Assembly (NCBI GenBank): GCA_964512715.1
Contig: CAZEJX010000001.1
Coordinates: 1 to 36,505, forward strand
Reading direction: 5' to 3'
Length of the DNA stretch: 36,505 bases
Origin: an uncultured Candidatus Saccharibacteria bacterium
GTDB taxonomy: Bacteria > Patescibacteriota > Minisyncoccia > UBA6257 > 2-01-FULL-56-20
The first letter of the stretch is position 1. Each line of letters opens with the position of its first letter. A model generated the notes under the pieces. The model made no database searches. It was not told where the DNA came from and saw only the letters and a program-made list of their open reading frames with translations. A program made the position numbers and the translations under genes. Of this stretch, positions 33,097 to 36,505 are shown one piece after another.

Positions 33097-34794
33097 TATA
33101 GACTCCAATGCCTCAATGCCCAAGAGGGCGAGCCCGCGCGCGAGTACGCGCGCGGCAGTCGCGGCGAGGATAAGTCGCGCGCTGCGGCGCGCGGTGTTCT
33201 CGTCCGTCAGAATCTGCTGATCCTCATAAAAGCGGTTCGCGAGATTCGCGACCTCGTAGAGATACTTCGCGAGGTTATGGGTCATCGTTTCCGCTACGCT
33301 CTTTTTTATCTCATCAGAGAATTCAAAGAGTTTGCGCATGAGGCGCAGTTCGTGCTGAGTTGTGAGCAGTGAAGCGTGATTAGCGAGTAGATCAGATTGC
33401 TCTCCGCTCTTTACTATCATTCTTCGCAATCGCGCGTAGGTATACTGGAGATACGGACCGCTCTCACCCTGGAATGCGATTGATTTTTCAATATCGAAAA
33501 TGATGTCCTTGCCGATCCCTTGCCGCAAAATTGAGTAGCGGATGGCGGCGATCGCCACGCACTCTTTAATACGCTCTGATTCCTCCGCCGTGAACTCCCG
33601 TTCCTTTATCTTGTCACCCACGGCTTTTTTGATTTCATCAATCAGCCATTCCGCAGTAATCACGTCACCGGTGCGGGAGGACATCTTGCCGGTAGGCAGG
33701 CGGAGCATGCCGTGGCCAAGATGGGTCGTTTTCTTGGCAACTTCGGGGAGCACCAAGGACATGGCTTTCAAAAGTACCTTGAAGTATTCGTTGATTTCAT
33801 TGCCGGTAACGATAATAGACGTGTCCGGCGAATAGGTATCGAATTTAATCTTATTGAGACCCAATTCTTTTGCTTCATAGGTCGGGAGTCCCAGCGCGTT
33901 AATAAATACCCGGTTATGGAGATCATGCTCCTCGCCGCGGAAAATAATCGCGCCCTCGCTTTCTACGAATATATCCGGGTGCGCTTTCACGATGCGTGTT
34001 CCTTCCGGCGCGACTTCGCTCTCGAAGAAATAGTGGACGAACTTTGTTCCCAAGCGCACATAGAGCGTCTCGAAATATTCCAGGCTCCACCGTTTTCCTT
34101 TATCGTACATGGCGACAACATCTGCGTCGCTTTTCTCGTAAATCTTCTTATTGAGAGAATCTATGTCGGTTTTTGCGGAGACATCCTCGGTATACGCTTT
34201 CGAACCGAGCGCGTAGGCGCGCCCCAAGAACTTGCTCTTATCTGCCGGCGATGCATCTTCGGAGGGAATCTCGTTCTCGAGATGCGTCATCCCCCACACG
34301 CTCTTCGCCACATGGAGACCAACATCACCTTGGTAATTTACCCGGAGAACCTCTGCCCCCGCTGCTTCGTGGAGACGCGCAAGGGATTCGCCGATAGTAT
34401 TCGTCATCACGTGTCCGATATGGAATTCCTTGAACGGATTCGGATCGGTGTATTCGATCATGACTCGCTTGCCTTTTAGAGCATCCGCATTTCCGAAATC
34501 AGCGTCTTTTACAATCCTTGTAAACTCTTTTTGCAGTGCGGACACAGTGAGCCAGATATTTATGAACCCCGGCCCGGCTACCTCGATCTTCTCAATGAGT
34601 CCTGCGGGAGCAGCTTGCTTCATTTTTTCGGCAAGATTCTCTGCAACCGCGACAGGATTTTCCCCACGCTCTTTTCCGATTTGCATGGCCACTGCCGTCG
34701 TGTAATGACCAAAACCCTCCCGCTCTTCGGGAAGAATTTCGCCACGAGAATCGCCGAGTGCCGTATGAAGGAGATGTTCTACAACGTTTCGCAT
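33094..34794 (-). CDS. argS: Arginine--tRNA ligase
   Basis: It has the N-terminal add-1 domain (GPGFINIWL), HIGH-type PFKEFHIGH, LPTGKMSSRTG (MSTR-like), and a C-terminal DALR anticodon-binding pattern. Confidence 0.95.
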   Translation of the reverse strand: MRNVVEHLLHTALGDSRGEILPEEREGFGHYTTAVAMQIGKERGENPVAVAENLAEKMKQAAPAGLIEKIEVAGPGFINIWLTVSALQKEFTRIVKDADFGNADALKGKRVMIEYTDPNPFKEFHIGHVMTNTIGESLARLHEAAGAEVLRVNYQGDVGLHVAKSVWGMTHLENEIPSEDASPADKSKFLGRAYALGSKAYTEDVSAKTDIDSLNKKIYEKSDADVVAMYDKGKRWSLEYFETLYVRLGTKFVHYFFESEVAPEGTRIVKAHPDIFVESEGAIIFRGEEHDLHNRVFINALGLPTYEAKELGLNKIKFDTYSPDTSIIVTGNEINEYFKVLLKAMSLVLPEVAKKTTHLGHGMLRLPTGKMSSRTGDVITAEWLIDEIKKAVGDKIKEREFTAEESERIKECVAIAAIRYSILRQGIGKDIIFDIEKSIAFQGESGPYLQYTYARLRRMIVKSGEQSDLLANHASLLTTQHELRLMRKLFEFSDEIKKSVAETMTHNLAKYLYEVANLANRFYEDQQILTDENTARRSARLILAATAARVLARGLALLGIEALESI

Positions 34795-34803
34795 ATACCG
34801 TAC

Positions 34804-34832
34804 AGAATACTCCGATTGCCCCTAGCCCGCAA
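34804..34832 (-). promoter_or_regulatory. Putative argS promoter (TTGCGG-17-TATTCT), in the same register to the palindrome as at 1122..1150
   Basis: The plus strand has ccgcaa at 34827..34832 and agaata at 34804..34809 with a 17-nt spacer. The -10 ends 9 nt before the argS ATG, which implies a very short or absent leader. Confidence 0.4.
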
Positions 34833-34870
34833 TATTATATACTATATTATATAATATAGTATATACTATT
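34831..34870. repeat. 40-bp AT palindrome, copy 2 (one mismatch relative to copy 1)
   Basis: Positions 34830..34870 equal 1148..1188 except 34866 c versus 1184 a. It lies in the divergent argS/smpB intergenic region. Confidence 0.95.
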
Positions 34871-34913
34871 GCTTCCTGTTTACTGTTTCGCGATTCCTCG
34901 CTACTCTGAATAC

Positions 34914-35351
34914 ATGTCATACCTTGCGGAAAACCGCCGGGCCCGCTTCGATTATGAGATTCTGGAAACTGTCGAAGCCGGCATCGAGCTCAAAGGACAC
35001 GAGGTGAAAGCCGTCAAAACCGGCCGCTTCGACTTAGCCGGAAGCTATGCGGTCATTCGGGGTGGCGAAGTCTGGCTCTTGAATGCAAAGATTGCGCCGT
35101 ATCAGGCGGGCAATACGCCTCACGATTATGACCCGCAGCGCTCCCGGCGACTCCTCGTTACGCGCGAAGAGATCAGCGCACTTCTCGGTAAACTCGGCGA
35201 GAAAGGCAAGACGCTTGTGCCGCTTGAGGCGCATCTCAGCCACGGATTTATAAAGCTCACGCTCGGCGTGGGCCGCTCCAAAAAGAAAGGTGATAAGCGC
35301 GAAACTATTAAGAAGCGTGATTTGGAACGGGAAATCGGGAGAACACTCTAA
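34914..35351 (+). CDS. smpB: SsrA-binding protein SmpB
   Basis: It starts MSYLAENRRARFDYEI and has GIELKGHEVKA, a basic C-terminal tail and RDLEREI. ATG 34914 was chosen. A possible TTTACT-17-TACTCT promoter ends 5 nt before it. Confidence 0.9.
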   Translation: MSYLAENRRARFDYEILETVEAGIELKGHEVKAVKTGRFDLAGSYAVIRGGEVWLLNAKIAPYQAGNTPHDYDPQRSRRLLVTREEISALLGKLGEKGKTLVPLEAHLSHGFIKLTLGVGRSKKKGDKRETIKKRDLEREIGRTL

Positions 35352-35374
35352 AAACCCCGCCAAGCGGGGTTTTT
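35351..35374. terminator. Bidirectional rho-independent terminator between smpB and the FMN reductase gene
   Basis: aaaaccccgc-caa-gcggggtttt is symmetric, with A/T tracts on both sides. Confidence 0.8.
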
Positions 35375-35379
35375 AGTTT

Positions 35380-36051
35380 CTATTTTCGTTCGTGGATACC
35401 TACGGTGCCGGGAGCAAGCGAGTCCATGACGCCCTCGCCTTCTTCCGGAATCGGATGTTCTTTGAGCAGTCGTGCGAAAAACACGGCGTTCCGCGCCATG
35501 GTGCGCGCCATACCCATGGTCGGCTTGGATTCCTGAAATTTCTTTTTCAATTCTTCTTTTGTTCTGGGAGCTTCGCCAGTCCAGGAAAGAGACGGTGCGG
35601 GTGGAATGGTGAATCCGTTCCAACTCATGAAATTCAAAACATTACCAATAATGTGCTGCACGCCATCTTCACCGCCCGTAATCACGAGACCGCCTACCTT
35701 ATTCGCGAATTCTGATTTGCCGGTTTCTAAAAGCTCGTCGTTCAATTCATCTATGCGTTCGATAACACGCTGAATGAGCGAGGATTGGATCCCCCACCAG
35801 ATGGGCGTGGCGAAGATGAGGATATCTGCCGCGAGAATCTTCTCAAGTATCTTCGGCCAATCATCATTGCCGATATGGGTTTTGTTCCCCGGGCGAATAT
35901 CATAATCCACGAGCCGCACTATCTCGCTTTCGGCACTGAGCTTCTTAAGCTCCTCTATTAATAACTCACATAACACTTCGGTGTGCGAATAATCCTCCGG
36001 TTTCTCCTGTTTTTTAAGTGTGCCGAGAAGAAAGATTGTTTTGGTAGTCAT
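35380..36051 (-). CDS. NAD(P)H-dependent FMN reductase / flavodoxin-like fold protein
   Basis: It has IFLLGTLKK (a phosphate-binding loop region) and ADILIFATPIWWGIQSSLIQRVIERID, typical of the FMN_red family. Confidence 0.75.
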   Translation of the reverse strand: MTTKTIFLLGTLKKQEKPEDYSHTEVLCELLIEELKKLSAESEIVRLVDYDIRPGNKTHIGNDDWPKILEKILAADILIFATPIWWGIQSSLIQRVIERIDELNDELLETGKSEFANKVGGLVITGGEDGVQHIIGNVLNFMSWNGFTIPPAPSLSWTGEAPRTKEELKKKFQESKPTMGMARTMARNAVFFARLLKEHPIPEEGEGVMDSLAPGTVGIHERK

Positions 36052-36125
36052 CTTGGCATCCTAGAAAGATACCAAGAAACATTTCATGAAGACGCCGCTA
36101 TGCTTGCCGGCGCGGAACAAGTGAG

Positions 36126-36500
36126 CTATAAAATAGAAAGCAGATCGTGTCGGAGGTACGCATGAGTCACCGAAAGCCGGCGCGACGGATATCGCGTAGA
36201 AGAAACTTGCGGAACGCGGCGCGAGTGCACCGCAATAAGTACGCCCATCTCCGCGAGACCAGGGCTCTGCCCTATGACGCTCAGAACAAACGCTTTCGTT
36301 CGTTCATTTTCGTCGGCACTGAAGGACAGATAGAACCCGAAGGGCGCATCATGATCTATCACGGACGCAGGTATAGGCTCCGTAAGCAGATCATCATCCC
36401 CGCGAGCGGATTCGCTTTCGCCGAATTTGAGCTTGTAGGTTACATCTAAAACAGCGCGCCCGAGGCGCGCTGCGGCATTGTACGGGGGGATAATTTTCAC
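36126..36500 (-). CDS. Hypothetical protein; the start is uncertain and may lie beyond the right window edge
   Basis: This is an open frame only. The GTG at 36498..36500 abuts AAGGA with no spacing, and the frame stays open to the window end. The C-terminal ~35 aa look low-complexity, and a competing plus-strand ORF exists. Confidence 0.3.
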   Translation of the reverse strand: MKIIPPYNAAARLGRAVLDVTYKLKFGESESARGDDDLLTEPIPASVIDHDAPFGFYLSFSADENERTKAFVLSVIGQSPGLAEMGVLIAVHSRRVPQVSSTRYPSRRLSVTHAYLRHDLLSIL

Positions 36501-36505
36501 TCCTT

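Noticed and set aside
36147-36449. A plus-strand 100-aa ORF, highly basic (MSEVRMSHRKPARRISRRRN...).
   Set aside because: Its Arg-rich composition is typical of an antisense frame, and it has no SD or motifs. The minus-strand frame is only marginally better, so this end of the window remains poorly resolved.

Overview
This is a compact bacterial window with about 35 CDS and one tRNA, mid-range GC by eye. There are no transposase, integrase, phage or CRISPR genes. The gene content suggests a Patescibacteria/CPR (Parcubacteria-like) genome: RNase Y plus RNase J, a lone membrane-anchored family-5 solute-binding protein, a Wzy/O-antigen-ligase-like protein with a helical tail, short type IV pilin-like ORFs, and GTCATYCC-type intergenic repeats. 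That taxon call is inference only.

The left half (1..17646) is a glycan or unusual-sugar locus. It holds two tandem paralogous B12-binding radical SAM enzymes, an SDR, an extended-SDR epimerase/dehydratase, and a split transketolase. It also holds an aldo/keto reductase, an RfaE-II/TagD-like nucleotidyltransferase, an HD hydrolase, an RmlC-like epimerase, two class I methyltransferases, GmhA, one GT2, two GT4 and a Wzy-like membrane protein. Apart from the AKR/nucleotidyltransferase pair these are on the minus strand; the block from 17646 down to 8607 is contiguous with rny.

The right half is housekeeping: rny, gpmI, secG, tRNA-Leu(CAG), rnj, trpS, ileS, argS and smpB, interspersed with small hypothetical genes.

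Main observations:
1. ileS carries a complete histidine-phosphatase (PGAM-like) domain with intact catalytic motifs, nested between its two zinc knuckles.
2. The same ileS ORF contains a 69-nt in-frame copy of a palindromic GTCATYCTGAG repeat. Other copies of this family sit at gene boundaries between 23 and 30 kb.
3. A 40-bp perfect AT-only palindrome occurs twice, 33.7 kb apart. In both copies it sits in the same register against a -35 hexamer, upstream of rSAM paralog 1 and of argS.
4. The B12-rSAM pair, split transketolase, GmhA and nucleotidyltransferase suggest a heavily methylated heptose or higher-carbon sugar pathway. No sugar kinase is visible.
5. An orphan promoter-plus-terminator unit is a candidate small RNA.

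All homology calls come from motif recognition by eye. No searches were run.
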